In this document: positions 30,381 to 42,885 of the stretch, piece after piece | Position numbering within the stretch: position 1 is the stretch's first letter | Layout of the letters: the number at the start of each line of letters is the position of its first letter | Origin: Macrostomum lignano | Lineage: Eukaryota | Assembly: GCA_002269645.1 (NCBI GenBank) | Contig: NIVC01001206.1 | Span: 271,704 to 335,703, forward strand | Length of the DNA stretch: 64,000 bases | Direction of reading: 5' to 3' | Program-made: the position numbers and the translations under genes | The notes under the pieces: model-generated | What the model was told of the DNA's origin: nothing | Database searches by the model: none | Seen by the model: the letters and a program-made list of their open reading frames with translations, nothing else

Positions 30381-30516
30381 TTACTAGGTTGAATGGTGGG
30401 AGGGTTAACAAGTCTAAGTGAATTGGTAGGTCTTGGCGCAATATTGCTAAAAGAAACACCAGAAGCTGCCATTTGTGAGGCAGAATTAGATGCTGAATCC
30501 AAAATAAGGCATGTTG
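30381..30516 (-). CDS. Candidate upstream PIAS exon (Ser/Pro-rich linker)
   Basis: Acceptor ATTTCAG| at 30517, open frame TCLILDSASNSASQMAASGVSFSNIAPRPTNSLRLVNPPTIQP, GTAAG donors at 30384 and 30380. The phase match to the next exon is not clean. Confidence 0.35.
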
Positions 30517-31013
30517 CTGAAATGTTTCATTGGGAGGCTAACATATAAAGTTATTTTAAAGCTCAAAATCTGTAATATATAGAATTCAAAATTATTAGCT
30601 TATGCCTATTAATGTCTATAATTTAGGTAAAATTCTTTCAATTTTATTATTTTAGTTTATATTAGAATTAATATTCTAGAATTATTATAGAAGTGTGTAG
30701 TATCCTTATATAATAGTTATATGCCTTAATGATTAAATATAGCTTTTTTTAGTTTATTTAGTCTTTAAATAAACATTGAATTTAAGCTAATTTGCTGAAG
30801 GGTTGACAGTGATTTTGTCTACTGCCATTTTTTCTGCTAATATTCATAGAGAGTCATTTCATTTGCCAATTTGCCCATTGTCTCTGCAATAAAAATTTTC
30901 AGGCTTATAATTCAAGACACATATATGGCAGTATTAAGCTGTAGCATTCAGAACTCTAAATAGAGATTTTTAGACTATATTTAATCCCTTCCAATGATGT
31001 ATATATGTACTTA

Positions 31014-32298
31014 TTGGGTGTTGCAAAAGTCTTTTCAGTAAATTAAAACCAACATGAAAAGTAGTATTCTTCAAATATTTAAGTATTTTGGCAGCTAAAA
31101 CTTTTTGCATGTGTTCATGACTTGCAATAGTTAATATTACTCAAAGTAGCTGCCTCCAGCTTCAATGGCTTTCTGAAGGTGTCCTTGGAAAGCTCTGCAA
31201 GAGTCATGGATGTAGGCTGGTAACATAGCATTCTACTCTTCTGTCACAACAGCCTTTAGCGACTCAATGTTGCTGTGGCAAACAGCATAGGCCTTGCCCT
31301 CAATGTGCACCTACAGACTATAGTCAAACAGCAACATCTGGCAATGATGGTGGCCAGTATGACTTTGGCCCAAAGTTCATGTTCTGCTCCAGCCACTCCT
31401 GTGCAACCCTTGATATGTGTGCAGGTGCTCCATCCTGTTGAAACACATAATTTCCATCAGGAAAGTTGGCATCAACCCACAGCTTGATTTTGCTAGCAAT
31501 AACATTTATGTACTCTGCTCCAGTCAGTTGGTATCCAACAGGAAACCACACCAATGGGCAGACACAGCCATTCGATGCAATAACACCATGCATCATCACA
31601 CTTAAGGGGTACTGATTGGTTGTTGAAATGAACCTAACTGACTCCAGAATGTCCTCCTCAAGCTTGATGAGTGTGTCATTGCAACAGTTTTGAGCAGGAT
31701 CCATGTTGAAGTTCTTCTTGTCACTGAAGATGATAATGCATCCAGTAGGGGCTGACTTCAAATCGTTCAGGAGTAGGCTTGCTCTTTCCAGATTGTTCTG
31801 CCATATCGTGTCACTTAGCAGAGGCCGCTCCTGCACTGTGAGGGACTTGCCACCAAGCTTTTCATGGTTCTTGAGATGGTCAACTTGTGGACATTGAATT
31901 CTTGTCCTTGGCTTGCCATTGAATGCTTTGGATTCTCAAGAATGGCATTGTGAAGCTCAGAATTGCTCATTGCCACTGGCCAGCCACTCTGGGGTTTGTC
32001 TTTTAAAGTGTTTTCAACTTCTTCATTGGCCATTTGCTTCTTGATGTTGTATACTGTTCTTTTAGTGCAGTTTATCATTGTAGCAACATCTTTAGGTTTA
32101 ATACCTGGGCATAGCAAGGTAGCAATCTGGTACCTTTTCATCTCCATCTTTAACAAAGTGGTCAGATTGATCTGAAATGCTAGCCAAAACCTTAGATTAT
32201 ATTGCTATATAGCTGGCTAAATGGGCTAGCTTGTAATGTGTATCTTTTTCTATTTATATGCATTTACAGATCACTAAAAAGACTTTTACAATACCCAG
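31014..32298 (-). mobile_element. Decayed Tc1/mariner DNA transposon (DDxD type, maT/DD37D-like), ~1.29 kb
   Basis: TIRs TTGGGTGTTGCAAAAGTCTTTTCAGT and ACTAAAAAGACTTTTACAATACCCAG, each flanked by TA. Frameshifted transposase: HTH (IATLL..GIKPKDVA..INCTKRTVYNI), IIFSDKKNF, VFQQDGAPAH, WPPSLPD, then DYSL..., ...AIEAGGSYFE*. Confidence 0.92.
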
Positions 32299-32859
32299 TA
32301 TCTTTAGATGTACTAAAATAAAATGCACAACATCTACATATATTATAACATATAGGGCTATTATAGTAAGCTAACTTAATGATCTTTCAGTTCATAGTGG
32401 TGCTAAAATTTGAAAGTACAGTATGCCAAATCATTTGATTTATGTACTTAGTTAAAAAAATATGACCTTTCTTCAAAGGTTCTACTATACATAATTTAGC
32501 ATGCATATTCTGAATTGTTATGATTTGCATTGCTCACCAAGATTTGATTTATATATTTGCATTGCTACTATTTGTTTTTCTAGATATATAACTAGCAATC
32601 TAGTGTGGCCCCCTTTGGAGCACCCAGTAAGAAAGGAGCAAAAATAGTTCATGGAAGTTCATGGAAAACAATTAAAAAAACACATTTTCTTAAAAATCAA
32701 TTCCTTCTTCACTTTTAAAAATCACCTTATTCATGTAAAATTGTCACGGACAAAGATGTTTGCTATGAATATCTTTTTTTCTAAAATTAACAAACAGACA
32801 ACAAAATATAGCTTTCACAAAGATAACAGACATTTCTCCTAAAAAAGAAAATATTCCCA

Positions 32860-33100
32860 AGACAGCAAGCATACCCCCAGATAGCAAGAACCCCCTTCAA
32901 AAAGTAAGCAACCACAGATAGCAAGCATCCCTTAATACTTGTAGCAAGCATCCACTTAGATAACAAGCATCACCCTAGATAGCAAGCATTTTGCAGATAG
33001 CAAGCATCCCCCAGATAGAAGCTTCCACCTAGATAGCAAGCATTCTGCAGATAGCAAGCATCCCCCAGATATGTGTTGAAGCATCCCCCAGATAGCAAGT
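32860..33100. repeat. Degenerate reverse-complement relics of the 18-bp minisatellite
   Basis: ATAGCAAGCATCCCCCAGAT-type units, the reverse complement of the 23603-24720 unit. Confidence 0.75.
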
Positions 33101-33339
33101 AGCTAATGCAAATGTTACCTCTACTAATGCAATAATCACTTTCTTAGGTTCCATGTCTCAGCTGGTGAAATAATTATTTTCTTATCTAGTGCAATATTCC
33201 TTTACTTATCAAGTCCAAAAATTGATGTTTCAGCTAATGCAATAGCCTTTTCTAATCTAGTGCAATACCCCTTGGCTTATCAAGTGCAATATTCCTTCAT
33301 TTATCTAGTGCAATATTCCTTATTATCAAAGTACAATAA

Positions 33340-33660
33340 TCATTAGCTTATCAAGTGCAATATTCTTTATTAATTATCAAGTGCAATAATCAATGGCTTA
33401 TCAAGTGCAGTAATCCTTGGTTTATCAAGTGCAATAATCCTTGGTTTATCAAGTGCAGTAATCCTTGGTTTATCAAGTGCAATAATATTTGGTTTATCAA
33501 GCACAATAATATTTGGTTTATCAAGTACAAGCAATAATCCTTGGTTTATCAAATACAGTAATCCTTGGCTTATTAAGTGCAGTTATATTTTGCTTATCAA
33601 GTGCAGTAATTCTTGGCTTATCAAGTGCAGTAATCCTTGGCTTATCAAGTGCAATAATCC
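33340..33660. repeat. 24-bp degenerate tandem repeat
   Basis: TTATCAAGTGCAATAATCCTTGGT units; more decayed copies extend left to ~33180. Confidence 0.85.
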
Positions 33661-33876
33661 AGGTCTTTTTAATTAGCCCTTTAATAAAAGCTTTCAATAA
33701 AAATTTACACTGCTTTTACCCTACACAGATTTAAACCCAGGTTGCTAACAGGCTGAGAAGCTGGGCTTGCATCCTATTTGTCTGCTAGAAAAAGCAGTTT
33801 TGTTTGCTAGCAGGCAAAAAGGTGGCAAACAAAAAATAATTGCACACCTGCCAAAGTAGGCCTCTTAGAACTTTTA

Positions 33877-36228
33877 TCTCTACATATAAAAATCAAAACT
33901 CTGTCTGTATGTCTATGGACAATTTTGTTTGCTATGGACTCCCAAACCGCTCAACCAAATTACACCAAACTTTACACCCACCCTAAACTTACTACGGAGA
34001 ATGTCTTAGGCTACCTTAAAATTTCCTAAACTCAAGTCTTCTTACCTAAAAGTACAAAAAACTGCTCAAAATGTGCAATTTTTTCACTAAATCCTTTATA
34101 GCGCCACTCCAGTTTTACCAATCCTCTTCAAATTTGACATGAACAATCTTCAACTATCTTGACACAATTGTGTAAAATTTTGAGTCTTAAAGTTAATCCT
34201 GAACAGTGCTATGCACTTTTAAAGTTGGGCTGCTTTTTTCAGCGAGACAGCCACTCCAACCTCTGCTGCCTGCCTCTCTTTCATGATCTGGGCCCAGATG
34301 TGTAAAAGGGTTTCAAAATTGACTAACTTTCAGCTGCCATAAGTTTTTTCCACGTAAAGCAATTGACTTTAAACTTGACACAATTCTTAATTGACTTGTT
34401 CTCTGTCTAAATATAAAGTTTTAACTTTCTAACTCAATCAGAACAGAAACTGTAAGCACATGAAGTTTGTCTGCTTTTTCTGTTGTTTGTGCCACTCACT
34501 CACTCATTCCCCCAGAGCCAGATGAAGGATCAGGCAATAGGACTGAATGTACATAGCAAATGTACAGTGTTTTGGAATAACTTTTTTTATAGCCTTCTCG
34601 CACCCCGAGAGTGGAGAGGCTACGTTTAGTCATAACAGTTTAGTGAGAAATTCTAACCACTGCCTGCCCTCCCCTCTGTATTGGCAAACTCTGCAGCAAT
34701 TTAACAGTGGATGGCAATTGGCAAATCGAGGGAATCCATCAAAAAAAGCGAAAGCAAAAAGCAGTTTGTAAAAGCGAAAGATTTATGTAAAGGCGATGCG
34801 ATGCAATGCACAATGCAATACAACCCTACTAAATTAGGCACACTATGGAAATTTTAGGTTTCTTTTAAAGGTAGTGTATAAATTTTAAATGGCTTCCTAA
34901 GAAATGCATATTTCCTTGGTTGTTATTGTTAGACTGATGCAGACTGCAATGGAGCTGAAGATACACAGATTCCTTTCAGGGCTGCAAATTGGCAAGAAAG
35001 ATGACGTGATCAAAGCATGAGAACAACAATGAGAGTAGTACGTCCCACAAACTGGCTTTCGAAGCAGGGATTGGCAGACTTTTACTTCAAAAGCAGATAA
35101 AGAATTCAGCTTATGTGCAGGCCAGATGAGAGTGGAAGGAGAAGGAATAGACTATTAGAAGAGAGGAGAGGCAAGAGGGGGATTAGATAAAACATGGAAG
35201 ATAAGAGGAGAGACAAGTGGTGAGGAGAGAGCAGAAAAGAAGAGAGGAAGAAGCGAGAGGAGGGGAGAAAGGAGGGAGAGAAAAGGGTAAAGCTGAGAAG
35301 AGGGGAGAGATGAGACAGAGGATCGATGAGAGGAGAGTAGAGAAGAGTGAGAAGAGAGTAGAGATGAGAGACCAGAAAGAAGATGACAGAGGGTCAAGAG
35401 GAGAGGAGACATTAGAGAGGAGAGAGTAGAAAGGATAGAGAAGAGAGGAGATAAGGGGAGAGAGGAGTGAGAAGAGAAGAGATAGAGATAAGAGAGGGGT
35501 GTAAGAGGGAGAAAGGAGAGATGAGATTGCAGAGATGAGACAGATTAAAGGAGAGATGAGAGAGTAAAGATGAGAGATGAAAAGGTGAGAGGAGAGTACA
35601 GAGAGACGAGAGAAGATAATAGAGGAGAGAGAGTATAGAAGAGGGAAGAGAAAAGAAGAGAGGAGTAAGGAAAGAGAGGAGTCAGAAGAGGTGAAAGAGA
35701 AGAGTACAGAGGAGATAAGTGAGAGAACGTATAAGAGAGTAAAGATGACAGATGAGAGAGCAAAGATGAGGGTGAACAGACAAGAGATGGGAGAGTAGAG
35801 AGAACAGAGGAGAGATAAGAGAGATGAAAGAGAAGAGAGATAAGAGAAGATACAAGAGAAGAGAGGAGAGAAGAGAGAGGAGAGAGGAGAGACAAGGGAC
35901 GAGAGAGAAGAGAGGAAACACAAGAGACAATAGAAATTTTAAAGGATCTAAGGGACGTAAGGAAAGTCAGGGAGAGACCAGAGTTTGCCAATATATGTTT
36001 TAGAGTCAGACAGACATTGCCTGACATTCTTTGGAGTACCCCAGCCAACAATATCAATGTTTGCCTCAAACCCTAATTTTACACATTGTGCTTCATTTTG
36101 TCTACCTCTATCCTACAAACTATTAACAAGTTTTTGTTTGTTTATGGCCTTAGATTTCAGAATACATGCAAAAGTATTCCGGGGATTGGAATTCCCCAGG
36201 TTCAAAATCTGCGGGTTGCAACAGCTTG
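33877..36228 (+). mobile_element. Non-autonomous Helitron, copy 3 (more diverged)
   Basis: A|TCTCTACATATAAAAATC start; end GGGGATTGGAATTCCCC...GCGGGTTGCAACAGCTTG|T. Same internal blocks as copies 1 and 2. Confidence 0.87.
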
Positions 36229-36312
36229 TGTATATTATATATTAAAGAAAGTGACATGCTTTATTAGCTTTGCTAGCTCATGCCAAAAGCCTAGTAAAGC
36301 ATAGTATAAGTT

Positions 36313-36844
36313 GCCATAGTCAGGAAGGTGTCCCATATACCCTGGAATGTACGCCGAGGAAAGGCTTAATGTGCAGGCTGATGTACGCCGATCTTTCGGA
36401 ACTTGATTTTCCAAACTCTACAGGTACGCCAAATTGTACGCCAAAAAATTACGATTAATATTTTTTAAACTGTAGCGGAAAATGAGTGTTAATAAACAAA
36501 GTAAAAATTGTACTAATTAAAAGCGAGGGGATTTTAGATTATATTGCAAATTTACTTTATAAATAAATTTTCCCTTGAGCATAAAATTCTAAAAAAGTAA
36601 GATAACTAAAAAAGATTTTTAATATCAATTTTTTGACTTCACATATTTCAGTATTGTATTATCACGACACAACAAAGCAATTTGAACAATAACCCTTTGT
36701 ACGGCGTACAAGGATGCTATCCAATAGGTATGCCAATCATTTTGGCGTACCAAAATTTGCACGCCAATAATGTATGCCAAAATTTATCTAATGTAAATGC
36801 ACGCTGGAATTTTCCAGCATATAGGACACCTTCCTAACTATGGC
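36313..36844. mobile_element. MITE-like element with ~27-bp TIRs and GTACGCC subterminal repeats
   Basis: GCCATAGTCAGGAAGGTGTCCCATAT versus the reverse complement of the right end, GCCATAGTTAGGAAGGTGTCCTATAT. Several GTACGCC/GGCGTAC motifs near both ends. No TSD found. Confidence 0.7.
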
Positions 36845-37439
36845 TATCTGCATGGCACACTGACAAAATAGTCTATCCTATCTTCTTAATCTTACACATA
36901 CTATAAATAATAATTTACAGTTATGTAAGTTTTGTAAATTAATAGGCATAATTAGAATAGGTTTACTAGTTTATATTTGTTTATATTAGGCCTATACCAA
37001 CTGGTTTACAAAACTTATACAAACAAATAAAACAAATATTAATTTACAAAACTTACTTTTAACTCAAATTTTCTTTTTGCAACATTTGAGTAAATTTGAG
37101 TGAATAGAATGCAACTTTAGCCTAAGGCCTAACTTAAAAATTAGGTTTCACAAATTAATAACTTTGCTATATAATTACATAGAATGAAAACCAAATATAA
37201 ACTAGAATAGAATCAAGAATTCTTTGTAATAGAAAACAAAAAACTGCAATGGGAACAATTTCCATCTTATGTTTAGCACATTGACGAGATAGGCCTAGCT
37301 AAAAATAATAGAACAAATATTCAAGCAAAGCTATGTTGTTATACTGTGATGAAATTGAATATACTAAACTGTAAATTATTATTTATAGTATGTGTAAGAA
37401 GATAGGATAGACTATTTTGTCAGTGTGCCATGCAGATAG
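36844..37439. repeat. Foldback region: ~75-bp inverted arms plus nested shorter inverted repeats
   Basis: 36844-36921 CTATCTGCATGGCACACTGACAAAATAGTCTATCC...TTTACAGTT pairs with 37367-37439 (one 6-nt indel). Confidence 0.85.
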
Positions 37440-38309
37440 GACAGAAATTATTCCCATAGCATATTTAGACATCAATAATAAGATGGCTATCTTGCTCATG
37501 TGCCATGCTGCTAAGCAGAAAATTATTCCCATAGTACTGTAGGAATAAGGCAGAAATTATTCCTACAGTACTGTGGGGATAAGCACTGCTGTGAAATATA
37601 GACCTAGCATTCTAGCAACTTAAAAGCCATAGGCCTACTTAGCTGAGTACTATTACACCGCGATTCTCAGGGATGGAATCAGAACTTGTGTCTAAATAGC
37701 CGCACACATTAACTGACTCCTTAACGAAAATCACGAAAATCACAATTTAAATGAATTTCTTTCTGTGAAACAAAGAGTCAAACAAAATATTGTCTAATAG
37801 GCCAAGCAAAGTGTCCATCAGTAACGTTTTGCTCAAGTAGTCTAAATATTTTGCGTGAAATATTTCTTGCTTTATATTTTACAGCTCAGTTTGATTACTT
37901 AGTAGAATATACCTTTCCTCTGTTTTAAGATTTTCTGGTAAACAGATATTCGATAAGTAATTCTCTATCTTAATCGATGACCACCTCTGCTGATCTTTAA
38001 TGATGAGTTGGATAACTGTTGACACCCCGCTGACGACAAGGACCACTAGAAGTTACCGTTACTGTTCGTTGTGGCCCATTCGATTTCATTGATAGTGAAA
38101 TCCATTTCCAAGTCATCTATCGTGAAGACTTGCTGTCCTTGCTGCTCACTTTTCGATGTAGATATGATGGAATTTGCATATCGTTGCATCGCTTGTGTTG
38201 GCTGTTTTGGTGTGTACTTAGCGTTGCGTGGCCTGTAGCTAGCTATCGTTTTCCGAGGCGCCTCATGCCTTGTTGCTGCCGATTTTTGATATTGCTGCCA
38301 TGGCTTTTG

Positions 38310-39119
38310 TCATGGTTTTTGTCTGCCATGGTTTCCGATTGTTGAATGGCTGTCTCGGTTTGTAATACTTGTCGTCCGATGAGGATAATTAATTTGATAA
38401 TGTCCTTCTTGTCCGCAGTAGTAGCATCTGGCTTGTGCTTGTTCGTTTCTTCTTTTTTGTTCGGCGATAGCAGCTGTTTGATGTTGCATCAGCTTGTTTA
38501 ATTGCTGCGTCAACTTCTGCACGTCAGTGTTGCCTGTTGTCATTAATGGGGCACTGGCTTCCCCATTGCATTCCGCACCGCAGAAGTTCTTCGGTCTCGA
38601 TGTTTTCTCGCAAAAGTCTGTCCCGGAGTGACGGCTGTGCATTGTTTATTACATGCAGGATCAGATTTTGTTCACGATCCATCAATCGCTGTCGCTCTCT
38701 AGCTCATATATAGCGGCTAATTCTGCCGCACCCAAAGGTGGTTGGTCCGCAGCTGACAGTTGGCTGATGCAGTGCCTTAATTATCTGACAGACGTCGTCC
38801 ACACAAAGGTTAGAAAGGATTCCGTTGCTTGCATTCTTCTGTTGTGCAGCTTGTGCAGTAGCACCGATCTGTTTGTGCCACAACGGTTGAAGTGCTCGCG
38901 CAGTTGAATGATTAATGCCGAGTAATTTTGCTGTGTTGCCGCATCCAGTTTGCCGTAAATTTCTCGCGTAGTGCCTTGGAGGAGAGGTGGCAACAGTTGC
39001 GCCTTTTCTGGATTTTGTGGGTTGTATTCCCTACATACCAAGTCGAAATGATCCACGAAAGTGTTAAAATCTTTTTCCATAGAGAACGTGCCGACTTGGA
39101 TTGGATTGCGCCGCGCCAT
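38310..39119 (-). pseudogene. Degraded Ty3/Gypsy-like gag with CCHC zinc-knuckle remnant
   Basis: MARRNPIQVGTFSMEKDFNTFVDHFDLVC...KAQLLPPLLQGTTREIYGKLD...YSALIIQLREHF resembles a retrotransposon capsid N-terminus. Downstream frame has RCYYCGQEGHYQINYP (last Cys lost). Contains stops and frameshifts. Confidence 0.75.
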
Positions 39120-39833
39120 GTTAAGTTGTTGATGGGATAGAACGGTAGGTCTATTTGTACAGTCTGGGTCGATTTGTAACGGATCTTCCAGTGTGGTGTT
39201 TTTCTCGGAATAAACTTCGACTGTAATGGATTGTCTTGCGGTGTTTCTGACACGTCAATTTGTTACTTGCTGGTCCGAGCGAAGTTGTTCTTTATGTTAC
39301 CATTGGCTGACCGCAAACGCACTTTGTTTTATTCGCTTGCCGATTTTGCACTTACGAGTATGCGGCGTCCCGCAAAAGTGTATCTTCAAGTGGTGTCGAA
39401 GTGTAGAATTGTCTTCTTGTATTGCAAGTTCTTTTCTTTTTTGTGTTTTTGTTTGTTTTTTGTTTTCCTTTATTAATTAATTTCTGTTTGTTTTAATGCT
39501 TACCAATGAAGTTGTAATTGATTTTCGGTTTTGTTTTAGCTTGTTCCGACGAAAGTTTTAATTAATTTTCAGCTTGTTTTGAAATTACACTTGCTCGAGC
39601 TCGTTAAAACAAAATTAACACGCGTGCTCAAATTCTTTCACTCAAAATTGACAGGTTCTAAAGCCTGTACGCAAAAAATTACTCGAGTTTCACAGAGTAC
39701 GAAAATCGAAAAGTGTTAACTCTAACACGTGCGCACAAAATTAATGAAGACGCTCTCTCGTTACGTAACAATAGCTTGATCAGGGCTATTGCTCAAAAAG
39801 CTTGAGTAGTGCCGAGAGGGCGAGATCACCAAT

Positions 39834-40794
39834 TGATGTGTTCCTTACTACCAAGACTTTCTTAGTAATCAAGGAACAATCACTTCTAGCTACTGCTAGG
39901 CAACCCAGTAATCAAATGAAGGTATCTCTTACCTTGAGTCCTGTCTTGGAGAGCTCTTCCTTGTTTTGCAATTCTCGGACTTCTTGACTCGTTAGACGTC
40001 TATGTTTCGTAAACCAGGTCCGCGTTCCTTTACTTCCACTGAAGTCGTTTCCGGCCGGTATCTGTCGTTTGGACCAATCAGAAGCTTCGTTTTATCAATG
40101 GGGATCCTTGCGCCTTAATGTGGTTCAAATAAGCCTTCTCCCTCTAGCGGTGCCTTAAATGCACCCTAGGTATAGCTCCGGTATTCACTGATAGTCTTCT
40201 AAAAGCTATCAGGGTAGTCCTTCTGGAGACTGCAACCAATAGAGTCTTATAGACTCAGGAGTCTCAATAGACTCAACAACAACAATAATGAGTCGACTCA
40301 AACACCTGGCGCAAATGAGTAAGGCTTACCGCAAGAACTCGACCGAGTCTTGATTGACTTGGTGACTAGGAAGTCTTCCTAAGGCTTCCTCTTCGGAGCT
40401 TCTTCTTCTGGAAAGCAAAATCTGAGGCCCCGGTCCGCTCCGGACCACTTGTATTTATAGGCAAACGGATCTCTCTCGAGGTCGTCCATCACATTTTCGT
40501 AAATGTCAAAGAGTCACGCTTTGGTTGCTGTCAAGCATGACAGGGTAGAAAGTAAAGCAACTAGTCTAGTGTAAGCGCGCATGATTGGTTATAGTGGTTG
40601 GGTTATTTTGGGCTTTCTTTGATTGGTTCACCGGGTGCAGGCCGGATGATGAATCGCAGGTGGGGTTTACACTTGACAATTGTAGGTCACACGTGATTGG
40701 TCGGTTGCTGAAAATAACATGTTCGACTTTACTCGATCTCTCTTGTTGTTGGTTGACTAAAATATACTTGTGATTCAGAACTTAATCTTATACA
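39834..40794 (-). mobile_element. Candidate 5' LTR (~960 bp) followed by a PBS-like TGGTGATCTCGCC
   Basis: Minus strand begins TGTATAAG at 40794 and ends ...ACATCA at 39834, then AT-TGGTGATCTCG. Contains three CCAAT boxes (40584, 40622, 40696) and TATAAATA (40452-40459). Lies upstream of gag. No second LTR seen. Confidence 0.5.
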
Positions 40795-42724
40795 TGCTAC
40801 TTAGTACACTACTGAATAAAATGTGTGAGTAGTGCATTAACACTTATGTCTTTTCTTTTACGGGAGGTAGAAAACTCTACACGAGATCATTGAAAGCTTT
40901 CAGACGCATCAAAGAATTCCGCTAAGAGGATAGATAGACTTTGAACTCATAAATCTTTTATGAAAGAAAAAATCTAAAGCAATTGACTTTGGCAGCCTGT
41001 CTGGCGCAAAAAAGGCTCCGCTGTCTAGAAATGATTTAAAACCCTAAAAAAGAGAGTAAAATTGGATTCTGAAGAAGTTCAAATCGACCTAGAAAATCAT
41101 AACCAGCAATTATACTAAGAATAATTGTAATAGTCGCAATAATTCTGAAATGGTAGAGAAAATATGGTCTTGCAAAACCATGTGTCCCGCCTACTTACTT
41201 GTGATACTTACTTGCGATAGGTACATAAGTACTTATGACGGTGATGGTAAGTTATGATAGACTTATCTGGTCCTGAATGGTGCGTTTAGGCTTTCATTGG
41301 GTTTTAACGGTTTTTGTAGTGGCTGGCGATGGATTGGGATGGAAAATCGTTACATAAGTTTAAATACTGTGCCAACCGACTGAACATCACAACCTTTATG
41401 TCCCAAGAATAGGCTAGCAACAGTTTATGTACGGCGCCCCTTGCAGTAAAGATTTGGCGCCCATTGTGCTGGTGCCCCTCACGCTGACGCCCACTGTAAA
41501 ATAACCCCTAAAACAAAATGACGCACGTAGAATAAAAAATTGACATAGAATCCGAATTTTCTTAACGAAAAGCTTTATGAATATCAATAGAGCTATAAGA
41601 AAGGCACAAAATATCAAAATATGAACACTGGGTCTGCCTCATATCGAAAGCAATAACAATTTTAATATGAAAAAAGTGAAAAGTTCCGATTTCCGTAATG
41701 TTTCGGCGATAACCAGCCTCCCTAATTTTTTTTAAGAAACGTAGTTTCCCGTCCTTCTATAGTTGAGTAGTCTTTGCCAAAGGATCGGGTAGTTTTTTGG
41801 AGGCCAATTTCCTGGAAAAAATACCCTGCGAAGATAAGAAAAAACTTTTTTTAATCACAAAATCAATGATTTCATTTGATCTCTTGTAGTGAAGATTACC
41901 ATTCCGTCAATAGCATCCGTATAATGTTACTTTGTTGTATCTTAGCTGTGTAGTGAAAGTTTGATTTTCATTTCATAAGCCCAATCCAAAGTTGTAAATG
42001 CAAACTTACAAGTGAAATTTTTGCTTTGTTCTTTCTTGAACCCAGTATAATTTGTAAAAAAACTGTTGCATGCAGTACTCTGATGTTTTAAGCTGGACCT
42101 TGGCTTAAAAATGACAGCTTTCCAAAGACTAGGTCAACAAAAATATTTAAAATGATATTTAAACATTGTCTACATTTAATCATCTATCAGGTCTAAGAAG
42201 AACTACTAATATGTATTTAAAATGGAACTATACCAACAATATTGGCTTAAGAGTGCCTGAATGCAACAGTTTTTGCCCCCCCCCCCACATGCTCATACTT
42301 ATACTTCCTAGCTAACCAAGCATCTAAGCAAGCTAAGATCAAAGCAAGCAGTACTTTCCCACGGCTTCAAGAACGCCTAATTAATTAATATTCGGTATGT
42401 TAATTTCTACTTGTTGGTGACTGGGAACTGGGTGAATTTCAATTCTTGCACTGCAGGTGCTTGCGACTTGTAATTCGGTTCGCGCTGTTTATAATAAGCA
42501 GTCTGGTTGGTGAGACAACAGGAGAACATTTCTCTAATACCAGTTTTTTATGACCTTGCGCTGATCGTTGAAAGTTATTTTGGATTTGGTTTTGGGGCAG
42601 CGAATTTAATGAGGTTTAAAGAATGCGTATTGAAAATGAATAATGGGAGAATTGAGCAAGAATTGTAGTATGTTGGGAATTTTAGAGATCAGATAATCTT
42701 GTAGGTTATTTGAATGAGAGAATG

Positions 42725-42885
42725 AGAACCAGATGAGAATGTTGGCGAGATGTGAATGTCGGCGAGATGAGAATGTCGGCGAGATGAGAATGTCGGCGAG
42801 ATGAGAATGTCGGCGAGATAAGATTGTCGGCGAAATGAGTCGGCGAGATGAGGATCGGTGACATGAAAATGTCGGCGAGATGAGA
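42725..42885. repeat. 17-bp tandem repeat
   Basis: CGGCGAGATGAGAATGT units with degenerate flanking copies. Confidence 0.85.
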
